Positions 46,492 to 55,792 of a stretch of 64,000 nt of DNA are shown here, in pieces. The DNA is taken from sequence record MT446416.1, one strand, 5' to 3'. The stretch is from Escherichia virus TH47. Both the position numbers and the translations under genes were made by a program. Every line of letters begins with the position of its first letter. Within the stretch, counting starts at the first letter, position 1. The notes beneath the pieces are model-generated. The model made no database searches, was not told the origin of the DNA, and worked only from the letters and a program-made list of their open reading frames with translations.

Positions 46492-47109
46492 TTATTCATC
46501 GTCATCATCATCGTCGTCGAGATCTAGGTAAATGCCATCATCACCATCATCGAAGTACTCAACCACTACACCAGGAATGTTCAGTGCTGTGAACATCGCA
46601 TCATATTTTTCATCAGATGGGATAAGAACAAACTCATCAATACTTTGAATTTCAGGCATACGATCTTCAGGAATACCCATTTGCAACAAGGATTGGATGA
46701 TTTTTTCCTTGTATTCTAGGAACTTCTCTTCTGATTCGAAATCCATAATAAGTTGTGCTACATAACCATCTTCGTTACCAAATGCGATTGACATTTGTGC
46801 ATCAGTACCGACATATGACCATGTACGCTTGCCAGTATTTTTCTCAATGAAGTTCTGAATTTCAAGAACGATTTCATGACGAGAACTATTGGCAATGTTG
46901 TTAAGGTTAGCAACACCAGCAATAATTTCTGAACTATCATTGGATTCTTCGAATGTACCATAGTCACCTAATACATATTGAACACCATCACAATGTAATG
47001 CATATGCATAATCCAAATCAGCAAGTGAATCACACTTACCACGGATTGGGCGTAGGGAAAGCCCTAGGCGAAGATAACGAAAGTATGTATTAGTATTTGT
47101 ATTTGTCAA
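46492..47109 (-). CDS. hypothetical protein with poly-Asp/Glu C-terminal tail
   Basis: C-terminus ...YFDDGDDGIYLDLDDDDDDDE; start taken as the TTG at 47107-47109 with AAGGAG 7 nt upstream; the first in-frame ATG is far downstream. Confidence 0.4.
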   Translation of the reverse strand: MTNTNTNTYFRYLRLGLSLRPIRGKCDSLADLDYAYALHCDGVQYVLGDYGTFEESNDSSEIIAGVANLNNIANSSRHEIVLEIQNFIEKNTGKRTWSYVGTDAQMSIAFGNEDGYVAQLIMDFESEEKFLEYKEKIIQSLLQMGIPEDRMPEIQSIDEFVLIPSDEKYDAMFTALNIPGVVVEYFDDGDDGIYLDLDDDDDDDE

Positions 47110-47377
47110 CGTAATGCTCCTTAACAATATAAAAGTAGTTGCTGTTGTTGTCAAAAAAGATGACTAATCCTTTGTAGACATTTACACCAATCTTGATTTG
47201 GCATATTTTATTCGATTTACAAGCCTCAGTCAATAACATCTTGTGCTCTTTACTGAAAGTGTGGAATAGTGGTTTTACATGCCACATCTCCACACCATCT
47301 AGTACTGGAAAATGTTCACTGAATTTGATCATTGATTCTTGTAAAAAATAACCTGTTAGATTCGAATCATCAGACAT
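47090..47377 (-). CDS. hypothetical protein
   Basis: Start moved to the first ATG (47375-47377); the track start is TTG. Confidence 0.4.
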   Translation of the reverse strand: MSDDSNLTGYFLQESMIKFSEHFPVLDGVEMWHVKPLFHTFSKEHKMLLTEACKSNKICQIKIGVNVYKGLVIFFDNNSNYFYIVKEHYVDKYKY

Positions 47378-47663
47378 GTAAGTTCGCCAGGAAGTCAATT
47401 ACTTCTTCATGTGTTAACTTATCACTACGCTCTAGAACATTGATGATGAATGGTGTTTGACTATATAATTCAGCCAGAAACGCAACTTCATCAGATGTAT
47501 AAGAATATCCCATAGGAACAACTTGTGCAGTCCAGTTTCCTAAAGTTTTGTTTGCAATGATTGCAACCACCGTATTACCTTTGAATTCAACATGGATTGA
47601 ACGGAAACCCGAATCCTCATTCTGATCCCAAAGTACTGGGTTAGTTTTAAACAGTACTGACAT
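47370..47663 (-). CDS. hypothetical protein
   Basis: 97-aa ORF. Confidence 0.45.
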   Translation of the reverse strand: MSVLFKTNPVLWDQNEDSGFRSIHVEFKGNTVVAIIANKTLGNWTAQVVPMGYSYTSDEVAFLAELYSQTPFIINVLERSDKLTHEEVIDFLANLHV

Positions 47664-47665
47664 AG

Positions 47666-48199
47666 TTATTTCCTCATGTATTTTATTACATCTTCAAATA
47701 GTTTAGTTTTCAGTGCATCATCATTACCAGGTAGAAAAGTACTGAAGCTATTAAAATCTTCATTCTTGGCAAACTCACGCATCTGTGTGGAACTGTAGCG
47801 ACTTACATTTCGGTCAATTCCAGCTTGAACTGCCTTGATTGAACAAAAATTATATAACTTCCCATTGTACGTGTCAAGCGTTTTTTGGAATGGTTCAAGT
47901 CTGTCTGAACCACATATGAAAAGAACATCTAAGTACTTTCCATCCAGTTCTCTCATTATATCAAACAGATTATCTTCTGTATAGATATTTTCTTGTACAG
48001 ATGGGTAAAATCCTTCTGTATAGTACATTTTCAGTTCAGGAGGTAATGGGTTTTTGACGGCATCAGTACTGGTACTAAGGAATATTTTCAAATCAGCATT
48101 GTACTGTTCTTGTAGTGCTTGGGCTTTTTCAAACACTAAACCATGTCCATTGTGGACTGGGTTACATCTCATGAATGTCACTACGCATGTTTCTTTCAT
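47666..48199 (-). CDS. HxGH-motif nucleotidyltransferase (cytidylyltransferase-like fold; possible NMN/NaMN adenylyltransferase)
   Basis: FMRCNPVHNGH near the N-terminus matches the (H/T)xGH signature; downstream SSTQMR resembles the ISSTxxR motif. Confidence 0.5.
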   Translation of the reverse strand: MKETCVVTFMRCNPVHNGHGLVFEKAQALQEQYNADLKIFLSTSTDAVKNPLPPELKMYYTEGFYPSVQENIYTEDNLFDIMRELDGKYLDVLFICGSDRLEPFQKTLDTYNGKLYNFCSIKAVQAGIDRNVSRYSSTQMREFAKNEDFNSFSTFLPGNDDALKTKLFEDVIKYMRK

Positions 48200-48720
48200 A
48201 TGTTCTTCATCACCTGACCAAGAGATTTAAGATAGTTGATTTTAGCTGGAGTCAAATACTTATCCAGTACTATTAAACAACTAGGGAATGGAGCACTGTC
48301 CGTCTTTTTATCTGGTTCTTCAGGGATACCGAATTTTAAGCGACCTTTTATAAAACAAATACAGTCGCATTCTTTTGATGCATAGTTCTGAAACGCAACC
48401 GTATCGGTACGTGAAGGTACAAGTATCAGTACTGTAGCACCTTTGTTATATGCATCAACTGCCTTAGATAACCACGTTTTCAAATCACTGTACGGTGGGT
48501 TGAGCCACACGATATTGTTTCCCCAGTCCTGTTCAAGTGAATTGTCTTCTGGTGTAAAGAACTTATCACACAATGCTGTTTCTTTAACACATGCTGCATC
48601 TAGTGTAAATTCCCAGAGTTCATCCAAATCTTCAAAGAAATCCTTTGGAGTAGTCCAGTTATCTTTTCCAGTACTGAAATGTACTGATTGTTTTTTCTTC
48701 GAAGCATCCTTCTTCGACAT
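48196..48720 (-). CDS. phage-type DNA N6-adenine methyltransferase (small Dam-like)
   Basis: NPPYS catalytic motif (the DPPY/NPPY family signature of N6-adenine MTases); about 170 aa. Confidence 0.65.
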   Translation of the reverse strand: MSKKDASKKKQSVHFSTGKDNWTTPKDFFEDLDELWEFTLDAACVKETALCDKFFTPEDNSLEQDWGNNIVWLNPPYSDLKTWLSKAVDAYNKGATVLILVPSRTDTVAFQNYASKECDCICFIKGRLKFGIPEEPDKKTDSAPFPSCLIVLDKYLTPAKINYLKSLGQVMKNI

Positions 48721-48736
48721 ACATAATTTCCTTTGA

Positions 48737-49282
48737 TTATAGACAGTTAAGTACTATGTCATCAAAAGTACTACTGTCAATGTTGTATTCATATAAAAAT
48801 TTAAAATGTGATCCATAACGCATCATCAGATTAAACTCTTCTTCAGTATTAAATTTGTAATCATGAAGAGTTTCAAGGGTACATGTTAAACCTAAAAACT
48901 CAATAATTTCTGATGTTACATCATTTCCTGAATTGAAGTATTTAACCCAAACACATTTTCCTTGTGGGTTGAATTTTCTATATTCTCCTTCTAGTTCTCC
49001 ATTGACGATATGTGCTTTCGCACTGATTAGATTATTACTATAACGCTCTTCGTAGTAGTTCCCATAACGAGCTTTAAGAATTGTAGGCTTCTTGGTTGGG
49101 AATAACTTAATGGAAGTTAATTCAAAACCGCACTGCAACTCTTTGATGTACGAAATACATCCCTTTTCTTTAATCACAACAAAACCAGTAAAATTCTCCT
49201 GGTCTTGGTTCTGATTGTCTGAATCAACAAATTCTAGTGTTTTATAAGTGACGCTTTTAGATTTTTTAATAAATGACATCAT
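48737..49282 (-). CDS. FQ-motif family member (degenerate motif TEEEFNLMMRY)
   Basis: Start moved to the ATG pair at 49277-49282 with AGGA Shine-Dalgarno; the track start at 49369 is TTG. Confidence 0.45.
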   Translation of the reverse strand: MMSFIKKSKSVTYKTLEFVDSDNQNQDQENFTGFVVIKEKGCISYIKELQCGFELTSIKLFPTKKPTILKARYGNYYEERYSNNLISAKAHIVNGELEGEYRKFNPQGKCVWVKYFNSGNDVTSEIIEFLGLTCTLETLHDYKFNTEEEFNLMMRYGSHFKFLYEYNIDSSTFDDIVLNCL

Positions 49283-49962
49283 TATTCCTATGGAAACATC
49301 AATGACTGTCCATGGCGTTGACTTCATCAACACCAGTCGAATTATACACGCTTCGCATGTATAATTCAACGAAAGTACTATGATTTGTTTTAATTAATAT
49401 TGACGGGGTTTGCTTGAGCATATTTCATCCCCCCGCAGGGGAAAGAACAAAAAAGTTTGACGCTGGTGGCCTTCACATAGTTCATATCACGAATTCTCTT
49501 ACGAGGCGAAAGCGGGTTGCTCTGTTTCTCTCTATCGCGGTTCTTGTAGCAACGGTCGTCGGTCTTAAACATCCCGACACATAATACAAATACCATATGA
49601 CCAGTACTTGTATTTGATTTCACGAATTTTGGACGCAACTATTTTGTATAAATTACGACCGCAAATTTCTCATGAAATCTCCCTTAGATAATTGGTAAGG
49701 TGCGATCCTTATATGTCTATCGAGGAACTCTCTTTATCCTATTGGAGTTCTTTATACAGCCGCATTGCCGTGAGTGGTTCAAACTATGCCATCATCTAAC
49801 GGGTTTCATTTGCTGTTCGTACTGAAAGGACTACTCATCTACCCTCTACTTTTCGAGTGGATTAGGCTTCAATCATTTCCATATGGAACCTTTCAGGATT
49901 AAAAAAAGGTGACAACATATTCTGCTGTCACCTTACATTATATCATAAACTTATGGTATGTC
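49283..49962 (-). other. ORF-free, GC-richer intergenic island of about 680 bp (candidate structured RNA, regulatory or origin region)
   Basis: No ATG-initiated ORF with a Shine-Dalgarno on either strand; local GC about 40-55 percent versus about one-third elsewhere; palindrome TTCCATATGGAA at 49877-49888; CCCCGCAGGGG hairpin; no tRNA T-loop found. Confidence 0.3.
49901..49932 (-). terminator. rho-independent terminator
   Basis: GGTGACA / TGTCACC 7-bp stem followed on the minus strand by TTTTTTT; 30 nt after the stop of the 49963-50826 gene. Confidence 0.6.
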
Positions 49963-50826
49963 TCAGTTGTATTCTGTTTTTTCAGTGAAATTCGTTAAGA
50001 TATCTGCACTTAAGCTTCTCATAACCTCAATCTTACTTGGCATGAACCTGTGCTTGTTTTTTACATACAACTCATCATCTTCAATGAAAGATGTGAACAT
50101 GAATACCATATCTTCACGTGGAATTGAGAGAATATTACAGTTTTCATTTTCAGTAACAGGGGAATCCCCGTAGTACTTAGAGAATGCAGTACTTTGACGA
50201 CCGATTATGATAGAATTTCGGATTAGAAAATTACTACAGTACTGAAAATCTTTGTAGTACTTGTCAAGGATATATGGCATTATCGCTTCTTTCACTTCTT
50301 CATATCCATTTGAACTATCAATTTCAGTACAATAATCTTCTCGGTCTTTTTTCCCTCGATGATTATCAAACTCGTACTCAAAGAATAAATTTTTATTTGA
50401 TGAATCTGAATCATTTAAACCAACTGATCCACTATAGTATGAATTTCGTGAATTTCTATCCTTCATTCGATCATCCGGGCATGATGCATACATAGAAATG
50501 TCATGTGTTGACGTACCGATATAAATTTTCTTAGTAATGTGATTGTACGCGATGTAATCATAATCTTGTACTCCAGTGAGCATTAACTGGAACATCAATT
50601 CATCAGGAACATCAATTAACGGGTACTCAAACTTCGAATATCTACTACGACAGAAATTCTTTTCAAATGCTCGGTGTGCGATGAAATCTTTTAGATTTGT
50701 AATAGATTCATGCTCATGTGTATTACTGGTGCGTACATTGACATTAGTAGACGAGCAATACCCTTCAGATTCTTCTGCGTAGACATAAAAACCCTTACTG
50801 TAGTCAACGATTAGATAAAGTTTCAT
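49963..50826 (-). CDS. FQ-motif family member (287 aa)
   Basis: PDELMFQLMLTG motif. Confidence 0.55.
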   Translation of the reverse strand: MKLYLIVDYSKGFYVYAEESEGYCSSTNVNVRTSNTHEHESITNLKDFIAHRAFEKNFCRSRYSKFEYPLIDVPDELMFQLMLTGVQDYDYIAYNHITKKIYIGTSTHDISMYASCPDDRMKDRNSRNSYYSGSVGLNDSDSSNKNLFFEYEFDNHRGKKDREDYCTEIDSSNGYEEVKEAIMPYILDKYYKDFQYCSNFLIRNSIIIGRQSTAFSKYYGDSPVTENENCNILSIPREDMVFMFTSFIEDDELYVKNKHRFMPSKIEVMRSLSADILTNFTEKTEYN

Positions 50827-50837
50827 ATATCTCCAGA

Positions 50838-50870
50838 CAAAAAAAAGGACGAGATATTATATCCAGTCCT
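50838..50870 (-). terminator. rho-independent terminator
   Basis: AGGAC...GTCCT stem followed on the minus strand by TTTTTTTT. Confidence 0.5.
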
Positions 50871-50878
50871 TTGGTTTA

Positions 50879-51184
50879 TTAGTGGCTTGCCCAGCAGTAA
50901 ACAGGACGTAGATTTTCCATTGGGTTTACTTCAGGCTTCAGTACTGTAACACGAACTTCATACGGAGTACCATCTGCATGATGGAACGTTTCGTAATGAA
51001 TACTCTCAATGAAGGTTTCATATTCTTCTTGAGAACGTGAACGAACTGATGGGGAATATTTCTTTTTGGTATCTGATTTTAGCGTAACACTTACTAGTTC
51101 TGTTTCTTCACCTTCTTCAAGTTTATTGAAATCGAACTCTGGTACACCTTCAAACATATCAAATTTCATTCCGTTGTCTTCCAT
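50879..51184 (-). CDS. hypothetical protein
   Basis: 101-aa ORF. Confidence 0.5.
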   Translation of the reverse strand: MEDNGMKFDMFEGVPEFDFNKLEEGEETELVSVTLKSDTKKKYSPSVRSRSQEEYETFIESIHYETFHHADGTPYEVRVTVLKPEVNPMENLRPVYCWASH

Positions 51185-51235
51185 TTTAAATTCCTTTTTA
51201 TATAATGTTAGTTAGATAGTTTTTAATAAATCAGA

Positions 51236-51622
51236 TTAGATTACGTCATACGGTAGAGTACCGTGACGGAATTTATCAAGTTGTGCAAGAACTTCTTTAC
51301 GTTCGACAATCTCTGGCACATCTTCTTGCAGTTGGTCACATACTTCAACGATGAAATCCCAATCGCTCTCACAACTCACACGTACTGCTTCAATTGTTTT
51401 CCAATCAGCACTAATTTCACCTTCAGGATTTACATACGAAGGCCATACCTTTCCATAGTCTTGTACTGATTTGTCGTTAAGAACACGAATAGCATTGAAA
51501 ATCTGTCCAGTACTGAAGTGTTTAGTATTCTTCATGTCTTCTAAGCAACATAGCTTAGGTTCACCCTGGACTTCAATCAGAAGTACACCACCAATCGCTT
51601 TTAGAACAGAACTTGTATTCAT
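51236..51622 (-). CDS. hypothetical protein
   Basis: 128-aa ORF. Confidence 0.5.
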   Translation of the reverse strand: MNTSSVLKAIGGVLLIEVQGEPKLCCLEDMKNTKHFSTGQIFNAIRVLNDKSVQDYGKVWPSYVNPEGEISADWKTIEAVRVSCESDWDFIVEVCDQLQEDVPEIVERKEVLAQLDKFRHGTLPYDVI

Positions 51623-51695
51623 CTATATCTCCATTTATCAAAAAAAAAGATGTGAACATTATATCACAAGGAATTGTTATGTCCACAATATTTTA

Positions 51696-51989
51696 TCAAA
51701 TAGTCAAACTTTCGTGCCAGTTATTGAAATCGTTAATAGCCAGCATAAACATATTCTCATCATTAAATTCTAGAATATGTTCATTGTATAAGTAGCTAAT
51801 GTACTTATTACTACAGTGTTTGCTATTCATAATTAGCATTTCAACTGCACGTTCATACGAACATGGGCTGAGATACAATTTTGTTCCATCAGGATGCTCA
51901 ATCTCCACTGCACCAGGTGGAATAAAACGTTCACCAGTATAAGGGATATACGGTTCTGTTTTGAAAATAAGTTTGAATTTAGTATCCAT
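51696..51989 (-). CDS. hypothetical protein
   Basis: 97-aa ORF. Confidence 0.45.
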   Translation of the reverse strand: MDTKFKLIFKTEPYIPYTGERFIPPGAVEIEHPDGTKLYLSPCSYERAVEMLIMNSKHCSNKYISYLYNEHILEFNDENMFMLAINDFNNWHESLTI

Positions 51990-52005
51990 ACCAAATCCTC
52001 CATAA

Positions 52006-52863
52006 TTACATTGTTTCTTTTATGTTGCACAACATAGTATTAACTATGTTCATCTTCCCGCCTAACTTGAAGTAATATTCCAATTTATTAATAATATTAC
52101 TTTTTAATATCTCAAATAGTTGATATTCATTTGTTTCGAAACCAAGTTCGAATTGAAAAGTATATAAATTGTTGAATAGATGTACTAAAGATGCATCCGG
52201 TGAATGCATTGTAAATGTGTAGTTGGCACGATAACCAGTACTAATCACTACTTCTGATATATCACCTTTCATGTATATGTCAATATTGTACATCATTGGT
52301 CTGCCTGTTGCAATATCTTTCATGCGAAAGAATGCAGTGCTACGATAAACAACACCTTCTTCTGTAACTTTTTCTTGAATAGTGATATTTGAAACGTCAC
52401 TCTCTTTGAATTTGGACTCGAATGAATGTGTGTAGCTTGTTTTTTCATTATCCGCGTGCATAGTACATGTGTACTTTCCAAAATCATCTCTAGATGTATA
52501 TGATTTATCACTGGCGGTTTTATAGAACGAAACCCCATTGATGTGTTCTTCTTTGTACATCATAGTGTCATTGGATTTGTAGTATGAACAATTAGGTGTT
52601 GAAAGAGATTCAAAAATGTTCACATCATGACAGTAAGAAATAGAAGAATCGCTATACAGTACTACATCACGAATTGCAACTTCTTTTGAAGTACCTTTTT
52701 TGACAGAAATTTGAAAGTCATTGCATGGGAAGATTCTATATCCATCGTATGTATCTGATGTACTGATGCCAAATGGTGTTGGGGAATTTAGAAATTCGTT
52801 GATATGTTCAAGTACTGAATACTTTTTGAAATTGCGAAAGTCAGTGCTATCTAACATATACAA
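52006..52863 (-). CDS. hypothetical protein
   Basis: 285-aa ORF. Confidence 0.5.
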   Translation of the reverse strand: MYMLDSTDFRNFKKYSVLEHINEFLNSPTPFGISTSDTYDGYRIFPCNDFQISVKKGTSKEVAIRDVVLYSDSSISYCHDVNIFESLSTPNCSYYKSNDTMMYKEEHINGVSFYKTASDKSYTSRDDFGKYTCTMHADNEKTSYTHSFESKFKESDVSNITIQEKVTEEGVVYRSTAFFRMKDIATGRPMMYNIDIYMKGDISEVVISTGYRANYTFTMHSPDASLVHLFNNLYTFQFELGFETNEYQLFEILKSNIINKLEYYFKLGGKMNIVNTMLCNIKETM

Positions 52864-52874
52864 TCTCCATAAAT

Positions 52875-52909
52875 TTGGACAAAAAATTAGTCGAGAATAA
52901 ATCTCGACT
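52875..52909 (-). terminator. terminator-like hairpin
   Basis: AGTCGAGA-ATAAA-TCTCGACT 8-bp stem followed on the minus strand by AATTTTTTG; overlaps the 3' end of the small ORF. Confidence 0.4.
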
Positions 52910-53018
52910 TGTGTTTTACTTTACCATTCTTCATTGCTTTCTTACGGTCCACATGTGTTTGAGGTTTATTAAACTCATTCATATGCTTTTGTACAAAGTT
53001 GTTTACATTTTTAGCCAT
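52887..53018 (-). CDS. small basic protein (43 aa, MAKNVNNFVQKHMNEFNKPQTHVDRKKAMKNGKVKHKSRFILD)
   Basis: Not in the ORF track; ATG at 53016-53018 with GGAG 5 nt upstream; lies in an otherwise empty 157-bp gap. Confidence 0.25.
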   Translation of the reverse strand: MAKNVNNFVQKHMNEFNKPQTHVDRKKAMKNGKVKHKSRFILD

Positions 53019-53020
53019 AC

Positions 53021-53494
53021 TTACTCCAAATCGGGATCTTTAACTGTTAGGCTTTCAATATCACTTGCGTAAAGAACTACATTAGTTTGTGTCTCTGATA
53101 CTTTAAAATCATGATAACTATCTTTCACTTTAAAATTATCCAAAATAAACCCTTTACTACAACACATCATGATTTTATCATCTTTGATAGTGTATGTATT
53201 CTTTTTCTTACGCACTTCAGATTGTGGGGTAATATTATCATTATTACGAATAACACAATCAATGTACTCGTCATTTGTACTCATAGGCATACCCATAATA
53301 AACGAATTGCTAGTACTGATTGTTAGTATAAAAACATTAGTATTTGGATTGTGAAAGAAGTCGTGCATAGTTTTACTGCATAAAAACAAACACTGAATTA
53401 TGTCCTTTACATTGAACATTATATCATGAACTTTGAATGCGTCCAACTCTAAAATGTCATCTATCTTTCCATTCTCAACAGTTTTAATCTCCAT
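53021..53494 (-). CDS. hypothetical protein at the downstream end of the 53-64 kb paralog array (no FQ motif seen)
   Basis: 157-aa ORF. Confidence 0.5.
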   Translation of the reverse strand: MEIKTVENGKIDDILELDAFKVHDIMFNVKDIIQCLFLCSKTMHDFFHNPNTNVFILTISTSNSFIMGMPMSTNDEYIDCVIRNNDNITPQSEVRKKKNTYTIKDDKIMMCCSKGFILDNFKVKDSYHDFKVSETQTNVVLYASDIESLTVKDPDLE

Positions 53495-53536
53495 GATCTA
53501 TCCTTGATCTTCAAAGGCACTCCATGTGCACATATA

Positions 53537-54037
53537 TTAGGTCACAGCTTTGTATTTCTCCATTGCTTCGGTGATATTCAATACTGCTTGCGGTACGTCA
53601 CTTTTGTTGTATGCAGTGGTTAGTTTTTCCATGTTATTGAGAAGACTAAGAAACAATGGAAGTACTTCTGCATTGTCACTGAAGTTGCAATCATTGACAG
53701 TACTCAATTGGAATAACTCACCCGCATCAACATTGAGTGTGTTGTATTCTTTAACAATGTTTTCTTCAGTATTGAAGATGTAGAATACAGTCCCCATGTG
53801 GTGTAAGTATACACCAGTTTCATTCTGAATATGACATGGGGTGATTACAATTGCTGTGTTATCAATATTATTTACTATTGTCAAACGCAGACTATGTAAC
53901 CCAAAGATTACAGTACAATCCTTTGTACTGTGTTGGATCTGGTCACTAGTAAAGGAAGACCCACTATATATTTTAGATCCATTTAGTATTTCTTTGATAA
54001 TTTTAAATGAATACTTCATCGAATTAGTTAAAAGCAT
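53537..54037 (-). CDS. FQ-motif family member
   Basis: GELFQLST. Confidence 0.55.
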   Translation of the reverse strand: MLLTNSMKYSFKIIKEILNGSKIYSGSSFTSDQIQHSTKDCTVIFGLHSLRLTIVNNIDNTAIVITPCHIQNETGVYLHHMGTVFYIFNTEENIVKEYNTLNVDAGELFQLSTVNDCNFSDNAEVLPLFLSLLNNMEKLTTAYNKSDVPQAVLNITEAMEKYKAVT

Positions 54038-54437
54038 GAACTTTACCTTTAAGTAAATTAATTAATGTTCGCATAGATTCAGTACTGACAGTACCAAAAT
54101 CAACACCTAAGCACTCGTATTGAAAGAACTCAATAGAATCAATTGAGTCCAAAGGAATATCAACAACCTGATTCCCTATACCAGACATAGTAACATTGCT
54201 TTTATTAATCGTCAAGAAGTTTTTTGTATAAGTGTTAAATTTTAGAGAAATCGCGTCGGGGTGCTTTGTAACAATGCAGTACTGGGAACCGTAGACATAT
54301 AGTACTTTACTTTCACTAAGATACGTTTTAAAAAAATGAATCCCATTGAAGTATTTCTCATTGGCGACCATCGCCGCGATTAGTTCATCTGTTGTTGTTA
54401 ACCTTGTTTCGTTCTTCGTTAAACTGTTGAAAAGCAT
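54024..54437 (-). CDS. FQ-motif family member
   Basis: SIEFFQYE; AAGGT Shine-Dalgarno. Confidence 0.5.
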   Translation of the reverse strand: MLFNSLTKNETRLTTTDELIAAMVANEKYFNGIHFFKTYLSESKVLYVYGSQYCIVTKHPDAISLKFNTYTKNFLTINKSNVTMSGIGNQVVDIPLDSIDSIEFFQYECLGVDFGTVSTESMRTLINLLKGKVHAFN

Positions 54438-54858
54438 AGAATACTACCTTAACCATTTGTAGTGTTTCAGACATTACTTCTGATGAAAATTCAACATCAT
54501 TGAATTTCAGCATAGTGTTCTGTGTAAAGAATGTTGCTTCTAAGTCTTCCAGATTGAAAGGTTCATCAAACAAATTAGTACTGAACATGTCAGTCTTCTT
54601 CTTGTATGTGAACAGGAATTTGGAATTATAACGAAGAACTACTTCATCTTTATTGACCAAAATACGTGCAATGTTCTGACGTGTCAATGTGGTAATGTTT
54701 AAATTGAACACGTTCTTGCGTGTTTCAGTGATATCAACAAAATACCCATCTCCCTGATGGATATTACATCGTACATCCAACCCTTTCTGTACTGTATTGA
54801 ACAGTGCATCTTGAATAAAATAATTTGCTGTATCGATGTTTCCTAAAATGTCTAACAT
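54385..54858 (-). CDS. probable FQ-motif family member (degenerate motif)
   Basis: EATFFTQNT. Confidence 0.45.
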   Translation of the reverse strand: MLDILGNIDTANYFIQDALFNTVQKGLDVRCNIHQGDGYFVDITETRKNVFNLNITTLTRQNIARILVNKDEVVLRYNSKFLFTYKKKTDMFSTNLFDEPFNLEDLEATFFTQNTMLKFNDVEFSSEVMSETLQMVKVVFYAFQQFNEERNKVNNNR

Positions 54859-55370
54859 AACTTCTCCTTGATTGCTGTCATATTTAGAAGAAATTCTTCA
54901 AGCAATTCCTCTGTAACATACTCAACATACCAGAATATCATAATATCTTTTGAAAGTCGAGTATTCTTAAAAATATCTACTAACTCTTTGTAGTACTCAA
55001 GATCATATACATCTTTTATAATTAGTGAGTACTGAAATAGTGATTCTTCAGTTAACTTAAATTCTGGATATAGTAAGTCATTAAATTCTAATGATTCTGA
55101 TTGTACTTTTATTTTAGTGAAGTCATTTGTTAATCCACCATTACATCCATATAATGCAGCGTAATTCACGAACTTGGCTTTTGGATTAAAATCAAGAACA
55201 GTTTCACCATTATATGACAATCGGTGGAACGCCGTGAACTTTGTAATTTGCCACGGTAGCTTAATACCTAAGTCATTTATGTCTTTATTATTGTACATAA
55301 GAACAGTGAATATTTCAGCAATCTTCAATAATAATTTAGTACGTGCTAGTACTGTCATAGGTTCAATCAT
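54852..55370 (-). CDS. FQ-motif family member
   Basis: EESLFQYS. Confidence 0.55.
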   Translation of the reverse strand: MIEPMTVLARTKLLLKIAEIFTVLMYNNKDINDLGIKLPWQITKFTAFHRLSYNGETVLDFNPKAKFVNYAALYGCNGGLTNDFTKIKVQSESLEFNDLLYPEFKLTEESLFQYSLIIKDVYDLEYYKELVDIFKNTRLSKDIMIFWYVEYVTEELLEEFLLNMTAIKEKLC

Positions 55371-55783
55371 TATACACCTTCATATTCATCAAGGAAATCT
55401 TCGATGATCATTTCTGCATCATCCATATGCATAGCATCTACTTCAACAATGCGAACCTTAGATGCATCCCAAATCATATAGCTAGGAACTGTATCTGGTT
55501 CGTAATCGTTCTTGTACTGAACAGCATCGTAACCCTTAGAATTACAATGTTCAATCAGCCCACGCCACTCATCATCACTACCTAAATCTTCCCATAGAAG
55601 CACGTTATCAACATCAACTTCTAATGTATGCAAGTATACTGTATTAGCGTCAACAACGTTCAGTGGGCTTCTCAGCTTGCGTAATGCAGCTTCTAAAGCA
55701 CTGTGCTTGCCTCCCATATGAAGGCCACCATACGGGATATAAAAGTTATCAATTTTTACAGTACTCGCATGATACAGTTTCAT
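55370..55783 (-). CDS. hypothetical protein inside the array (no FQ motif seen)
   Basis: 137-aa ORF. Confidence 0.5.
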   Translation of the reverse strand: MKLYHASTVKIDNFYIPYGGLHMGGKHSALEAALRKLRSPLNVVDANTVYLHTLEVDVDNVLLWEDLGSDDEWRGLIEHCNSKGYDAVQYKNDYEPDTVPSYMIWDASKVRIVEVDAMHMDDAEMIIEDFLDEYEGV

Positions 55784-55792
55784 AATTCATTC

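Noticed and set aside
49390-49638. 82-aa ORF in the GC-rich island
   Set aside because: Starts at TTG, has no Shine-Dalgarno before its first ATG, and has Arg/Lys-rich composition unlike the neighbouring proteins; more likely a reading-frame artefact of GC-richer non-coding DNA.
49283-49962. tRNA gene(s) or a second group I intron in the ORF-free island
   Set aside because: No GTTCRANYC-type T-arm or plausible cloverleaf found on either strand by eye, and the flanking genes are complete unrelated ORFs rather than halves of a split gene. A covariance-model scan would be needed to exclude this fully.
19446-52538. Minus-strand ORFs nested in alternative frames of larger genes (19446-19652, 20319-20552, 22830-23081, 28806-29015, 29238-29429, 31673-31879, 33061-33258, 37308-37562, 37590-37793, 39402-39611, 40500-40769, 46758-46967, 52320-52538)
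   Set aside because: Fully contained within well-supported genes (PhoH, ligase, Pnk, Rnl1 and others) in a different frame, with no independent evidence.
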